Below, one piece after another: positions 8,067-18,151 of a DNA stretch of 64,000 bases; position 1 is the stretch's first letter, and the number at the start of each line of letters is the position of its first letter. Source of the stretch: an uncultured Methanosarcinales archaeon (GTDB lineage Archaea > Nanobdellota > Nanobdellia > Woesearchaeales > CAYMBN01). Position numbers and translations under genes: made by a program. The stretch is taken from positions 12,962 through 76,961 of the forward strand of contig CAYMBN010000001.1 of NCBI GenBank assembly GCA_964388715.1, in the 5' to 3' direction. The notes beneath the pieces were generated by a model that saw only the letters and a program-made list of their open reading frames with translations, searched no databases and was not told the DNA's origin.

Positions 8067-9395
8067 ATGAAAAAAATCCTATTAATTTACCTTCCGTTTT
8101 GTACTCCTGCAAGCCCGCCTTATTCAGTTATTTCTCTTTATTCATTTCTAAAAAATAATTCTAATCATAAAATAGAAGTTTTAGATTTAAACTTAGAGTT
8201 TCATAAGCTTAAATTTTCAAAATATCAAAAATATTTTCAGAATTCGAAAAAATGGAAGGATTATGATAAAGTTACGAAGGAATTTCAGGAATTATCTAAA
8301 AAAACGTACTCTGAAAACAATAAAAAAGTTGTTGATGGGAAAAAACCAGAATTTTTTGAACAAATATTATGGAAAATAAAAGAAAAAAAACCAGATATAA
8401 TTGCTTTTAGTATTGTTTATTCAAGTCAAGCGTTTTATGCATATGCTTTAATGAAAGAATTGAAGAATGTTGTGATTGGTGGACCAGCTGTGAATGAAAA
8501 ATTGATTAAATTGGCTGATAAATGCTTGAATAATGAAATGGAACTTCTTGATTTTGTTAGTGGTCAGGAAATAAAACATGACAAACTTAAATTTAATTTT
8601 CCTCTTGACTTTTCTGTTCTTGATTTAAAACAATATTTTACTCCGTATCCTGTTATACCTATCAGAACATCAAATACCTGTAATTATAAACAATGTACAT
8701 TTTGTTCTCACTTTAGCACTGTGTCATATTGTGAATTTGATTTGAATGTTGTGAAGAAAACTGTTGTTGGTTCAGGGCAGAAGTATTTCTTTATAATAGA
8801 CGATACAATTCATAAAAAAAGATTGTTGGAAATAGCTAAAATGTTGAAACCTTTGAAAGTTAACTGGATGTGTCAATTAAGGCCAGTGAATGGGTTGGAT
8901 TTTAAAACTTTGAAGAAGTCTGGGCTTAAAATGATTATCTGGGGTGTTGAGTCTGGTTGTCAACGTGTTTTGAATCTTATGAAGAAAGGTACTCAGAAAA
9001 AAGATGTGATTAAAGTTTTATCTGATTCGCATAAAGCAGGAATTAAGAATGTTTTGTATATTATGTTTGGGTTTCCTGGAGAAAGCAAGGAAGAATTTTT
9101 GGAAACTATTGATTTTTTGAAACAGAATGATGTGAATATTGATTTGATTTCGGTTTCTGTGTTTGGTTTGCAAAAAGGTACAGAGATTTATAAAAATTAT
9201 AAAAAGTTTGGAATTACTAGAATCATTGAAAAGAAAAGGACTGTTCTAGAACCAAAGATTAGTTATGAAGTTAAAGAAGGGTTAAGTCAGGAACAGGTAT
9301 TGAAGTTAAGAAAAGGGCATAAGAAAACAATTGATAACATCAATAAGTATCCTAAATTAATGAATTTCTTTAGAGAACATATGTTTATCTTGTAA
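8067..9395 (+). CDS. B12-binding domain / radical SAM protein
   Basis: N-terminal B12-binding-like domain (IIAFS...VIGGPAV). Cluster motif CNYKQCTFC (Cx4Cx2C, at 8679-8705). Radical SAM core motif WGVESGCQRVLNLMKKGT. Confidence 0.7.
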   Translation: MKKILLIYLPFCTPASPPYSVISLYSFLKNNSNHKIEVLDLNLEFHKLKFSKYQKYFQNSKKWKDYDKVTKEFQELSKKTYSENNKKVVDGKKPEFFEQILWKIKEKKPDIIAFSIVYSSQAFYAYALMKELKNVVIGGPAVNEKLIKLADKCLNNEMELLDFVSGQEIKHDKLKFNFPLDFSVLDLKQYFTPYPVIPIRTSNTCNYKQCTFCSHFSTVSYCEFDLNVVKKTVVGSGQKYFFIIDDTIHKKRLLEIAKMLKPLKVNWMCQLRPVNGLDFKTLKKSGLKMIIWGVESGCQRVLNLMKKGTQKKDVIKVLSDSHKAGIKNVLYIMFGFPGESKEEFLETIDFLKQNDVNIDLISVSVFGLQKGTEIYKNYKKFGITRIIEKKRTVLEPKISYEVKEGLSQEQVLKLRKGHKKTIDNINKYPKLMNFFREHMFIL

Positions 9396-10269
9396 AAATA
9401 ACTGGCTTTTCTCTAACAATAACAGAATGTTCTGCTTGGGAGACTAATCCGTGTTGTTTGTCTGGCAATGGTGGGAATGCTTTTATCATTTCCATGTCTG
9501 TCATTTGTTTTAATGCAAAGCGTGTTTTTGCTTGCCCAAACTTTTTTGTGAGCCAGCGTGTTGTGAATGGGAGTTCACCATACTTTACAACATGTTTAAG
9601 AATGTTTCTTACCATTTGCATTCTAACTGGTTTTAATGTTTTTAATTGGTAAACAGTTGGATGGCCACTTTCATATATTTTTCCTGCGCCTGTTGAAGCG
9701 AATGGTTCGATTGCGATTACCATGTCTTGTTTTAATTCTGTTTTATCATTTGTATCATAATTAGGTATTTGTGGTTTGTCATGGATATTGAAATGGCTCA
9801 AACCGTGGCCGCATAGGTTTTTGACTGGTGAAAAACCATATTTTGTGATTGTGTCATGTATTACTTTACCTATTTCACCTAATGTGATTCCTGGTTTGAT
9901 TATTTCTAGTGCATTGTTCAAAGCTTCACGTGATGCTTTTACTAGATCTTGGTGTTTTCCTGAGAGATCTACTGTAGTTGCTGTATCTGCAATGTATCCA
10001 TTGATGTGAACACCAATGTCAAGATTGCATAATTGGTCTTTGAATACTGTTTCATCATCTGATGTTGGGCAGTAATGTGCTGCAACATCGTTCATTGAGA
10101 TTTGGACTGGGAATGCGATTTCTCCACCAAGTTCAATTATCTTTTTTTCGACTTGATTGCACACATCAACTACTTTATTGTCTGGTTTGATTAAAGAAGC
10201 GCCGAATTCTAGTGCTTGAGCTGCGATTTTCCCTGCTTTTATGTATGAATCATAAACATCTTGTTCCAT
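9385..10269 (-). CDS. map: methionine aminopeptidase, type 2 (archaeal)
   Basis: MetAP2 blocks: AAHYCP, DIGVHINGYIADTA, HGLSH, AIEPF. 294 aa. Confidence 0.85.
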   Translation of the reverse strand: MEQDVYDSYIKAGKIAAQALEFGASLIKPDNKVVDVCNQVEKKIIELGGEIAFPVQISMNDVAAHYCPTSDDETVFKDQLCNLDIGVHINGYIADTATTVDLSGKHQDLVKASREALNNALEIIKPGITLGEIGKVIHDTITKYGFSPVKNLCGHGLSHFNIHDKPQIPNYDTNDKTELKQDMVIAIEPFASTGAGKIYESGHPTVYQLKTLKPVRMQMVRNILKHVVKYGELPFTTRWLTKKFGQAKTRFALKQMTDMEMIKAFPPLPDKQHGLVSQAEHSVIVREKPVIFTR

Positions 10270-10303
10270 AATTGGAAAGAATAAAAAGGGTTATTTAAAG
10301 TTA

Positions 10304-11332
10304 TTGGTGTCATCTTTTGAAAATAGTAAACTTTATATAAAATGTTTATTTTTTACATGTAGCATGAGTTTAGAAAGAATAACAATTGAACCTGTACCAG
10401 AATTTATGAGTTTAGAAAAATCTGCTGATGATTATTTTAAAGCAAAATATAATCTTTTACCTTTGCTAAAAAATATGGTTATTTCTCCTTTTGAAAAACT
10501 TCTTAAGGAATATACTGGGTTTAGTACTGAAAATCTTCCAGAGGAAACAACAACCACTGAATTAAAATTAGGTGACATAACTTTCTCTATTACCTCCAGT
10601 AAAAAAGTCAAAAAACCAAAAGTATCTGAGACCTATAATGGTTTAGTAAATTATTTAACTTTTCTTAAGGAAGGATACCAAAAAGGGATCGGAAGAAAAG
10701 GAGTTAAAACCTTTGGTCAGAAGCCTTATGTTTTACTTGATGATATTTTTACCAAATTAGATGAACTCAAGAAAGAAGTTACTCTGGATAATATCAAACA
10801 AAGTTTATCACATGATTATTCAGAAGAGTATTCAGGAAGATTAGTTATTCCACTTTCTGGAGAATTATCTCTTTCAGAAAGTGATGCTTTACTTTACGTA
10901 AGGGCAAAATTACTTGAGGAAATTCTTAGAACAAGTACTGTTAAACCTTATGAAGAAAAATTAAAAAAACAAACAGGTTATAGTAAAAATAATGTTCCTG
11001 AAAAAATGAAAACTAAATGTGTTCAAGTACAAGGGAACCTTATTATAATCAAATCAATACCAGAATCAACTGTTAAGTATACTAACTTATTCAATAGTTT
11101 AATTAAAGAGCCTCCTAAAAAGGTTACCAAGAGAACTAAAATAGGTGAGTTAGTAGCAATTAGGGATGATCATGAATTAAAACCAGAATTAATTTCTTTC
11201 TATCAACCAAAATCACATAAAAATCAAAAATATATTAGTATTAATGGTTTTTTAGAAAGATTAAAACAATTAAAAGAATTAAATACCAATCCAAGTCTTA
11301 ATCAAAAAATAGATTATTATCCAGCAATTTAA
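10304..11332 (+). CDS. hypothetical protein (start possibly at 10364, MSLERI)
   Basis: Long Lys-rich ORF with no motif recognised. The N-terminal 20 codons are doubtful. Confidence 0.4.
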   Translation: MVSSFENSKLYIKCLFFTCSMSLERITIEPVPEFMSLEKSADDYFKAKYNLLPLLKNMVISPFEKLLKEYTGFSTENLPEETTTTELKLGDITFSITSSKKVKKPKVSETYNGLVNYLTFLKEGYQKGIGRKGVKTFGQKPYVLLDDIFTKLDELKKEVTLDNIKQSLSHDYSEEYSGRLVIPLSGELSLSESDALLYVRAKLLEEILRTSTVKPYEEKLKKQTGYSKNNVPEKMKTKCVQVQGNLIIIKSIPESTVKYTNLFNSLIKEPPKKVTKRTKIGELVAIRDDHELKPELISFYQPKSHKNQKYISINGFLERLKQLKELNTNPSLNQKIDYYPAI

Positions 11333-11844
11333 TAAATAACAGCAACAACCATTCCTACTATTTGCTCAAATCTGACCTTTTGAGGGTCTCTAAAGGCATT
11401 ATTGTCACCTTTTACTTTGCAATACCAACCGTTTTGGTCTTGGCCTGTTTCCATTACTCTATGAATTACAATGCCATCTACAAAGTCTGCGTTGTATGAG
11501 ATTATGTCTCCTACTTTAATTTCAGAAGGGTTCTGGGGCACTATTTCGATTGAATTAGAGCCTGCATCTATAATAGGATCCATTGAGTTTGTATCTGTAA
11601 AACCTGCCCATGATGCATCTTCTAGTTTGATTACAACCTTGTCTGGAAATACTTTTATTTGATCTTCTTTAATATGATCAGAAGGTGACTTTAGTTCATT
11701 TGCTGTTACAAGGCCTAAGAAGCTCGGTTTCTGCAGATCTAGGTTTTGGTAATAACTGAATGCACTGTTAGCTATCCAACCTAAAGTAAAGACTAGTACA
11801 AATAACATTACAAGATGTCTAAAGCTAGATTTGAATAGGTTCAT
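11329..11844 (-). CDS. signal peptidase I (archaeal/ER type, S26B)
   Basis: N-terminal TM, a catalytic Ser box (TNSMDP, cf. SM(E/D)P), and a later GDIISY....IVIHRV block typical of S26B. Confidence 0.6.
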   Translation of the reverse strand: MNLFKSSFRHLVMLFVLVFTLGWIANSAFSYYQNLDLQKPSFLGLVTANELKSPSDHIKEDQIKVFPDKVVIKLEDASWAGFTDTNSMDPIIDAGSNSIEIVPQNPSEIKVGDIISYNADFVDGIVIHRVMETGQDQNGWYCKVKGDNNAFRDPQKVRFEQIVGMVVAVIY

Positions 11845-11904
11845 ATTGTATAAGAAGTATGTTTTAGTATTTAAATCTTTCTGTTTTTTGTTACTGTGAG
11901 GTGG

Positions 11905-12348
11905 TTAATTAACAGGTTTATCCTTTTCTTCTCTGAGGTTGAATTCTTGGACAACTTTCTCAAAGAGTTTTGGTTCTACCTTAAGAATGTCTTTTATTGT
12001 TATGAAACCAACCATGTCATTCTCATCAACAACAGGCATGTGTCTTATGTTGTGCTTGTTCATTTCAGTGATGGCATCATAAATGTCTTTGTCAGGATGA
12101 ATTGTTACTAATTTTTTATGCATGACATCTTTAACTAGTGTTGTTTTAGGATCAAGGCCTTTTCCAACAACTTTTCTTACAACATCTTGCTCTGTTAGAA
12201 TTCCAAGAAGTGTTTCTTCTTCAACTATTAAAGAACCAACATGTTTTTGAGTCATAACTGTAGAACATTGTTCAACTGTTGCATCTTCAGCTACAGTGAT
12301 TGGTTGCTTTGTCATAGCTTCCTTAACTTTAACACCTGTTTTCATCAT
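11905..12348 (-). CDS. CBS domain pair protein
   Basis: Two CBS repeats, with repeat boundaries near VKEAMTKQPITV and VKDVMHKKLVTI. Confidence 0.7.
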   Translation of the reverse strand: MMKTGVKVKEAMTKQPITVAEDATVEQCSTVMTQKHVGSLIVEEETLLGILTEQDVVRKVVGKGLDPKTTLVKDVMHKKLVTIHPDKDIYDAITEMNKHNIRHMPVVDENDMVGFITIKDILKVEPKLFEKVVQEFNLREEKDKPVN

Positions 12349-12381
12349 ATCCGGAAATAATTTGGTTATTTATAAACTTTT

Positions 12382-15300
12382 TTATTCAATCTTATCAAAC
12401 ATTACTTCAAATTCTTCTCTTCTGACTTTTTCTTTAGAGTTATGAGTGTGTTCTTTGGCAGGGTCCATGTTAGAAATCCTAATATGTTCTGCACCGCACT
12501 TTTGTTTGATCATTTTTTCATATGATTTAACCATTTCAAGCAGATCGTCACTTACTTTTATGAATAATGTGATGTTGTCTGTTTTTTGTAAGCCAGCTTT
12601 TTTACGTGCAGCTTGTACTCTACGCATTATTTCACGAGCATAACCTTCTGCGTCAAGTTCGTCAGTACGTTCTGCGTTAATGTAAACAAAACCACCTCTG
12701 AATTCTGCTTCGTGATAAGGACTAGGAACTTCACGAATATGTATTAAATGTTCTTTCACAATTGAAACACTTTCTCCATTTACAACAAGTGGAAGTTTTC
12801 CTTGTTTTTCAATCTTACTCAGGATTGTATTTGGACTCATTGTTGCTAATTGTGCAATTATTGCAGGTGATTTGTTACCAAAGTCAGGGCCAAGTTTGTT
12901 AAAATCTGCTTTAACTGATTCTTTGATCTTGTCAAAGCTTTTGACAACAGTAATTTCTTTTACATTTGTTTGATTTTTTATGATGTCACTTAGTTTATCA
13001 ATAGCTTCTTCTGCTGTTTTTGTTTTTGCAACAATAACAACTTCTTTAAGTGGCCATCTAATTCCTAACTTAGCTTTTTCTCTTGCATATAAGATTGATT
13101 GTATAATTTGTTTGATAATGTCCATGTTTTTTTCAAGTTCTTCATTGATCAGGTTTATATCTGCCTGAGGCCAATTGAAAAGGTGAATACTTTCTTGTTC
13201 TAGTGCAAAGTTCATTTTTAGGTTTTGGTACATTGCTTCTGTTATGAATGGTGCAACAGGTGCAAACAGTTTTAATGTTCCAAGTAAGACATGATATAGT
13301 GTGTAAAGGATTGTCTTTTTGTCTTCTTCTGTTCCAAAAGTAGATTTTTCTCTTATCAATTGTACATATGTTCTGCTTAGACTAAGGAAAATTTCTTCGA
13401 TAGCCCAAGGAATTTCGTTTAATTGGTATTGATTGAATAGTTCAGTTACTTTTACAATTGTTGAATTAAGTTTTGAGAATATGTATTTTTCTTCTAATGC
13501 TAATTTGTTTTTTGCAATGAACTTAGGGTTTTGGTTAAGTTCTTTTGAAAGTTGTATTAAATAATTATGAAGGTTCCATAATATGCTGAGGTTTCTGTTT
13601 TTAACTTTCATATCTTCAAAATTATAATTGATGTCAACTCCTGGGACAGTGCCGCCTATCATGTAGTATCTTAAAGTGTCTGCACCATACTTGTCAACAA
13701 CTTCTTCAGGTAAAATATAATTACCAAGACTTTTGCTCATCTTTCTACCTTGTGAATCTTGGATAAAGCCGTGCATATAAACTGATTTGAAACTTGGTTT
13801 TTGCATTCCAACCATTGAGCATACCATGAGAATGTTGAACCAACCTCTGATATGGTCTTTACCTTCTAAAATGAATTCAGAAGGAAACATTTTCTGAAAT
13901 AAATCTGTTCTTTGTGGATAATCAAGACATGTCCATGAAGTTGTACCTGCGTCAACCCATACGTCAAGTACATCAGGGATTCTTATCATTGTTCCGCCAC
14001 ATTTGCATGGATATTTAACTTCATCAATCCATGGTTTGTGTAAATCTTCTGGAACTTGTTTTGCTTTTTGTTGAAGTTCTTTAACACTTCCTATAACATC
14101 ATATAAATCACATTTGTCACATCTCCAGATTGGCACTGGACATCCCCAGTAACGTTGTCTTGTGATACTATTATCTCTAAGATTAGTTAACCATGCGTCA
14201 AATTGTGCAGCGCCTGCCCAATTAGGTTGCCAGAATATTTTTTTGTTGTACTCAATCATTTGTTCAACCATATCTTCTGCTTTAAAGAACCATTGTGTTG
14301 TTGTTCTGAATATAACAGGACTTTTACAACGCCAACAATGTGCATAATCGTGTTCAACTTCTGTTGATTCAATTAAGATACCTCTTTCTTTGAAGTCTTC
14401 AATAAACTTATGATCATCATCTTTTGCAATCCAGCCTGAGTATTTTCCCATGTTATCTGGGAATACGCCTGTTTCATTCAGGTTATTGAATGGTGGGATA
14501 TTGTTTCTGTGGCCAACTTCATAATCTTCAGGGCCGCAACCAGGTGCTGTGTGTACTAAGCCAGTACCTGCGCTTAAGTCAACATATTCTTTTGATAAAA
14601 GTACTGTGTGTGTTTTTGGATGGTTGTTTTTGATTTCTTTGAAATCAACTTGGTCTTCTAATGGGTTAATATATTCAAGACCTTCTAATTTTTCTCCTTT
14701 GAATTCTTCTAGAATTTCATATTTTTTACTGATTAATCCTAGGAATGCACCAAGTAAACCTTTTGAAACAATCCAGACTTCGTCATCTACTTTTGCTCTT
14801 ACATAATCTAGTTCAGGATTAACCATGATTGCTAAATTAAAAGGAATTGTCCATGGAGTTGTTGTCCAGACAATCAGGAATTCATTTTCTTTGTTTTTTA
14901 CTTGGAATTTTAAGAAAACAGAATCATCTTTTACATTTTGATATTCAAGCTCGTGTTTTGCTAAGGCTGTTCCACATTTAGGACACCAGGTCATTGTTTT
15001 TTCGCCTTCATACAGACGTTTGTTTTTGTGTGCTTGTTTGATTAACCACCATTCACCTTCAATAAATGATGTTTTTATTGATTGGTATGCGTTTTCAAAG
15101 TCCATCCAGACACCTAAACGTTGGAAATCTTTGTTCATCTCTTTCATATTGTCTGTGCAAAGTTTTATACATTCTTTAACGAATTTGTCTACGCCAAACT
15201 TAGGAATTTCATCTTTATGTTTGATGCCTAACTTTTTTTCTACTGCATGTGCTGTTGGTAATCCGTGCATGTCATAACCTGCTCTGTCCCAAACATCAAA

Positions 15301-15510
15301 ACCATTCATTCTTTTGAATCTAAGAACCATATCTTTTAGTGCTTTGTTCCAAGCAGTACCAAGATGTACTTTACCTGATGTGTATGGAGGACCATCTAAG
15401 AAATAGAAGTGTTTTCTATCTTCATTCTTTTTCTGAGCTTTTTGATGAATCTGGTTCTTTTTCCAGAATTCAAGTGTCTCAGGTTCTTGTTTTAATGGTT
15501 CGTATTTCAT
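12382..15510 (-). CDS. ileS: isoleucyl-tRNA synthetase
   Basis: 1042 aa. Class I signature PPYTSGKVHLGTAWNK (HIGH-type), KMSKSLGN, CP1 editing-domain length, C-terminal Zn-binding cysteines (CPKCGT, CWRCKSP, CDKC). Confidence 0.95.
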   Translation of the reverse strand: MKYEPLKQEPETLEFWKKNQIHQKAQKKNEDRKHFYFLDGPPYTSGKVHLGTAWNKALKDMVLRFKRMNGFDVWDRAGYDMHGLPTAHAVEKKLGIKHKDEIPKFGVDKFVKECIKLCTDNMKEMNKDFQRLGVWMDFENAYQSIKTSFIEGEWWLIKQAHKNKRLYEGEKTMTWCPKCGTALAKHELEYQNVKDDSVFLKFQVKNKENEFLIVWTTTPWTIPFNLAIMVNPELDYVRAKVDDEVWIVSKGLLGAFLGLISKKYEILEEFKGEKLEGLEYINPLEDQVDFKEIKNNHPKTHTVLLSKEYVDLSAGTGLVHTAPGCGPEDYEVGHRNNIPPFNNLNETGVFPDNMGKYSGWIAKDDDHKFIEDFKERGILIESTEVEHDYAHCWRCKSPVIFRTTTQWFFKAEDMVEQMIEYNKKIFWQPNWAGAAQFDAWLTNLRDNSITRQRYWGCPVPIWRCDKCDLYDVIGSVKELQQKAKQVPEDLHKPWIDEVKYPCKCGGTMIRIPDVLDVWVDAGTTSWTCLDYPQRTDLFQKMFPSEFILEGKDHIRGWFNILMVCSMVGMQKPSFKSVYMHGFIQDSQGRKMSKSLGNYILPEEVVDKYGADTLRYYMIGGTVPGVDINYNFEDMKVKNRNLSILWNLHNYLIQLSKELNQNPKFIAKNKLALEEKYIFSKLNSTIVKVTELFNQYQLNEIPWAIEEIFLSLSRTYVQLIREKSTFGTEEDKKTILYTLYHVLLGTLKLFAPVAPFITEAMYQNLKMNFALEQESIHLFNWPQADINLINEELEKNMDIIKQIIQSILYAREKAKLGIRWPLKEVVIVAKTKTAEEAIDKLSDIIKNQTNVKEITVVKSFDKIKESVKADFNKLGPDFGNKSPAIIAQLATMSPNTILSKIEKQGKLPLVVNGESVSIVKEHLIHIREVPSPYHEAEFRGGFVYINAERTDELDAEGYAREIMRRVQAARKKAGLQKTDNITLFIKVSDDLLEMVKSYEKMIKQKCGAEHIRISNMDPAKEHTHNSKEKVRREEFEVMFDKIE

Positions 15511-15767
15511 TAGTTAAAAGAGAAATGAGGGTATTTATAAATATTATGGAAAAATATTTATAGTTGTTATGTTTTCTAATAAATTATGAGAGCAATACAT
15601 TATTTTGCGTGGACTCTGTAAATTTATTTTCTTAGACTTATGTATTTTTAAAACTTCAAACGGATTCTGGTGTTAGTTTATTCTCTATAAAAATTTACAA
15701 TTTGAGTTTCAGATAGCTGGAGCTCTATAAAAAAGTCGCGTGGACTCAAAACACGGAGGAAAATAAA

Positions 15768-16607
15768 ATGAAACAAAAAAATTTAATATCTGTTATCAAA
15801 GCAATGGTTCCTCAAGCAGAGGAATTAGACTTTGATAGAATTGGAAAAATTAGATCAGCATCAAGACTAATTCAAAAAGTAGGGTTTTGCGTTGATTTGA
15901 CTAAGTATGTGATGGAACAAGTGCGTGAAAAAGGGATTGATTACTTAGTAATCCATCATGGACATGGTAAGTTAGTGAAACAACAAGTGGATAAATTAGG
16001 AATTGGTGCATATGGATTACATTTGGTACTAGATACAATGGACAATGGATTAATTGACTCCTTTGCAGACCTTTTTGGAATGAAAGAGGTTAAACCAATA
16101 GAATTCGTGTACAAAGGGAAAAAAGTACCAAAGGGAGCAGTAATTGGTAAAGTTGAGAGTAGGCTGTCATATGAAGTAGTAGGAGAATATACGCCTTATC
16201 CATCAATACAAGCAATGTTCAAGCAAGAACCAAAGTATGAACGAAGTTGTTTCACACCAACATTAGATTTTTACTTGAAGAGGATCAATAATTCACTTGG
16301 AAAAGAATTAAGTCAAGTAAATCTTGGGGTTGTTAGTGGAAAACAATCTATTTTAAACGATGTAGTAGTCTCTACTGGACCTGCAATAAGGAAAGAATTC
16401 ATGGAACAGATTTCTGATCCTTATGAATTGTTTATTGCTGGTAGTATTAAGGATGGTGCAGCAGAATATGCAAGAGAAAAAGGAATAACTTTGATTACAG
16501 TTGGTGACTTTGAATCACATTACCATGGTGCCAAGAAGTTTGTTGAAAAATTAGCAGCAAAGACTGGATTAGATGTGGAACTAATTCCTAACTACAAAAT
16601 AAAGTAA
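15768..16607 (+). CDS. Nif3-like (DUF34) dinuclear metal-centre protein
   Basis: 279 aa with YLVIHHGHG and C-terminal GDFESHYHG motifs reminiscent of the NIF3/YqfO family. SD GGAGGA at 15755-15760. Confidence 0.5.
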   Translation: MKQKNLISVIKAMVPQAEELDFDRIGKIRSASRLIQKVGFCVDLTKYVMEQVREKGIDYLVIHHGHGKLVKQQVDKLGIGAYGLHLVLDTMDNGLIDSFADLFGMKEVKPIEFVYKGKKVPKGAVIGKVESRLSYEVVGEYTPYPSIQAMFKQEPKYERSCFTPTLDFYLKRINNSLGKELSQVNLGVVSGKQSILNDVVVSTGPAIRKEFMEQISDPYELFIAGSIKDGAAEYAREKGITLITVGDFESHYHGAKKFVEKLAAKTGLDVELIPNYKIK

Positions 16608-16631
16608 TTTTTTTTCTTTTTTTATTTTTTC
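16607..16631 (+). terminator. oligo-T tract after the Nif3-like gene
   Basis: TTTTTTTTCTTTTTTTATTTTTT lies directly after the stop codon. Confidence 0.4.
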
Positions 16632-16667
16632 ATTACAATAATATTTAAATAATAGTTAGTTAGTTGA

Positions 16668-17375
16668 TTGAGTATGGCTGAATATATTGATGATTTTTTG
16701 GGGATATTTCAGGAGGAACGTGTTAGTAGAGCTAGACTTGAAGAGTTTTCTTTTGCGTTTAGTAAGAGAATATACAAACGGGATATAATTTGTGACCTAC
16801 TAAGAGAAATTAATGAAGTTCATGAAAAGATGATTGCGGATCCATTTAATAAACCAGCTTATTTTGCTTCAAAAGATAAAAAATATCTTGAACAACATTT
16901 TGATGAACCGCGTATTGATGTTGGATTCTCACATAAAAATAATCAAACTATTATTTCTGGGATTGAAAGGTTTAAATCAATTAATGATTTAATTCCACAA
17001 TCTATGTATACTGTCACAGTTGTGAATAATGGAGACTTAATATATCGATATATTAAATTTTATCATAATTTGTTCAAGGAAGAAGCTGTAGACCCTACAG
17101 AATTAAGTGATGCTACAGTTTTAGAATCTATAAAACCTGAAATTGATGTTAGCCATTTACCTCTTGGGGCAACTGAAACAATATATAAATTTGAAGGTGA
17201 ACTTGATGACTTTTTTAGCAGATTTGCTGATGAATATTTAACAGCTCTTCGAATGGGGAATACCCATAGAGCAGTGATATTAGGTTCTGCATTTGACTTT
17301 ATAAGAAACCTTGGATGTTATTATGAAAAAGCTTTAGAAGATTTTCAGCGAAGATTAAAAGAAAGATTTGGATGA
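16668..17375 (+). CDS. hypothetical protein (235 aa); first gene of a coupled pair
   Basis: Long ORF. Its stop overlaps the next start by 4 nt (ATGA). No motif recognised. Confidence 0.5.
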   Translation: MSMAEYIDDFLGIFQEERVSRARLEEFSFAFSKRIYKRDIICDLLREINEVHEKMIADPFNKPAYFASKDKKYLEQHFDEPRIDVGFSHKNNQTIISGIERFKSINDLIPQSMYTVTVVNNGDLIYRYIKFYHNLFKEEAVDPTELSDATVLESIKPEIDVSHLPLGATETIYKFEGELDDFFSRFADEYLTALRMGNTHRAVILGSAFDFIRNLGCYYEKALEDFQRRLKERFG

Positions 17376-18142
17376 ATAATTACAAGATGACATATCCAGG
17401 AAAACTAAACTTTAATAACCCAGAACCAGGATTATATCAGGAATTCTTATGTTGTAAACCACATGATAGAATTCCTACTTTTATTTTAGTATATTATATT
17501 TCTGGGGAAAAAGGTGAGGGTTTGCAACCTGAATCAAGAATGAATGTTCCAGGGTTAAGGGCTTTTAATTTTGGTGGGAGTAATCCTTTGATTGATAGGA
17601 TTGATGCAGAAAAATTTTATAAGGTTACAGATCAACAATTAGAAGGACTATTAGCATCTGAAGATTTACCAGAAAATTTTATAGAATGGCTTTGTTCTTT
17701 TGGGACTAAAGTAAATATTGAATTATACATACAGGAAATCATAGATGAAAAAAAGCGAGTTGGATTCAGTAGTAAGGAGTTTAAGAAAAGTGTTGGTTTT
17801 TTAGGCAAAGCAAGGGAAGCAATGAGTGTTGATGCTGCAGCTGATTCTTTTTTTAAAGCTTATCAAAATTTACAAATTATTAATGTTAGGCCTAGGTATC
17901 ATGATAGATTACATCGAGTGTTGTCAAATTTAAGTATTTATGCTGCAACATTATATGATTATGCGTTATTTCATCATGGTGTTTATACACAGACAGGATT
18001 GGAAAATGCAAATAGATTGAATAAAATAAGGAAAATAGCAGAAGCAAACATAATCATGAATTATCCTAGGTTAAGAAGTATTGAGAAGGATCTTGTTGGG
18101 TATTATTTCTCAACAGAATTAGATCATTTGGAAATGGTTTGA
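17372..18142 (+). CDS. hypothetical protein (256 aa); second gene of the coupled pair
   Basis: Long ORF translationally coupled to 16668..17375. No motif recognised. Confidence 0.5.
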   Translation: MNNYKMTYPGKLNFNNPEPGLYQEFLCCKPHDRIPTFILVYYISGEKGEGLQPESRMNVPGLRAFNFGGSNPLIDRIDAEKFYKVTDQQLEGLLASEDLPENFIEWLCSFGTKVNIELYIQEIIDEKKRVGFSSKEFKKSVGFLGKAREAMSVDAAADSFFKAYQNLQIINVRPRYHDRLHRVLSNLSIYAATLYDYALFHHGVYTQTGLENANRLNKIRKIAEANIIMNYPRLRSIEKDLVGYYFSTELDHLEMV

Positions 18143-18151
18143 ATTTAAATT

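Noticed and set aside
12446-15277. Five 61-85-aa plus-strand ORFs inside ileS, and minus-strand ORFs inside hutH-like and hisS (2418..2732, 2826..3194, 3902..4281)
   Set aside because: They are antisense to strongly motif-supported aaRS and lyase genes and show no motifs. This is a typical AT-rich frame artefact.
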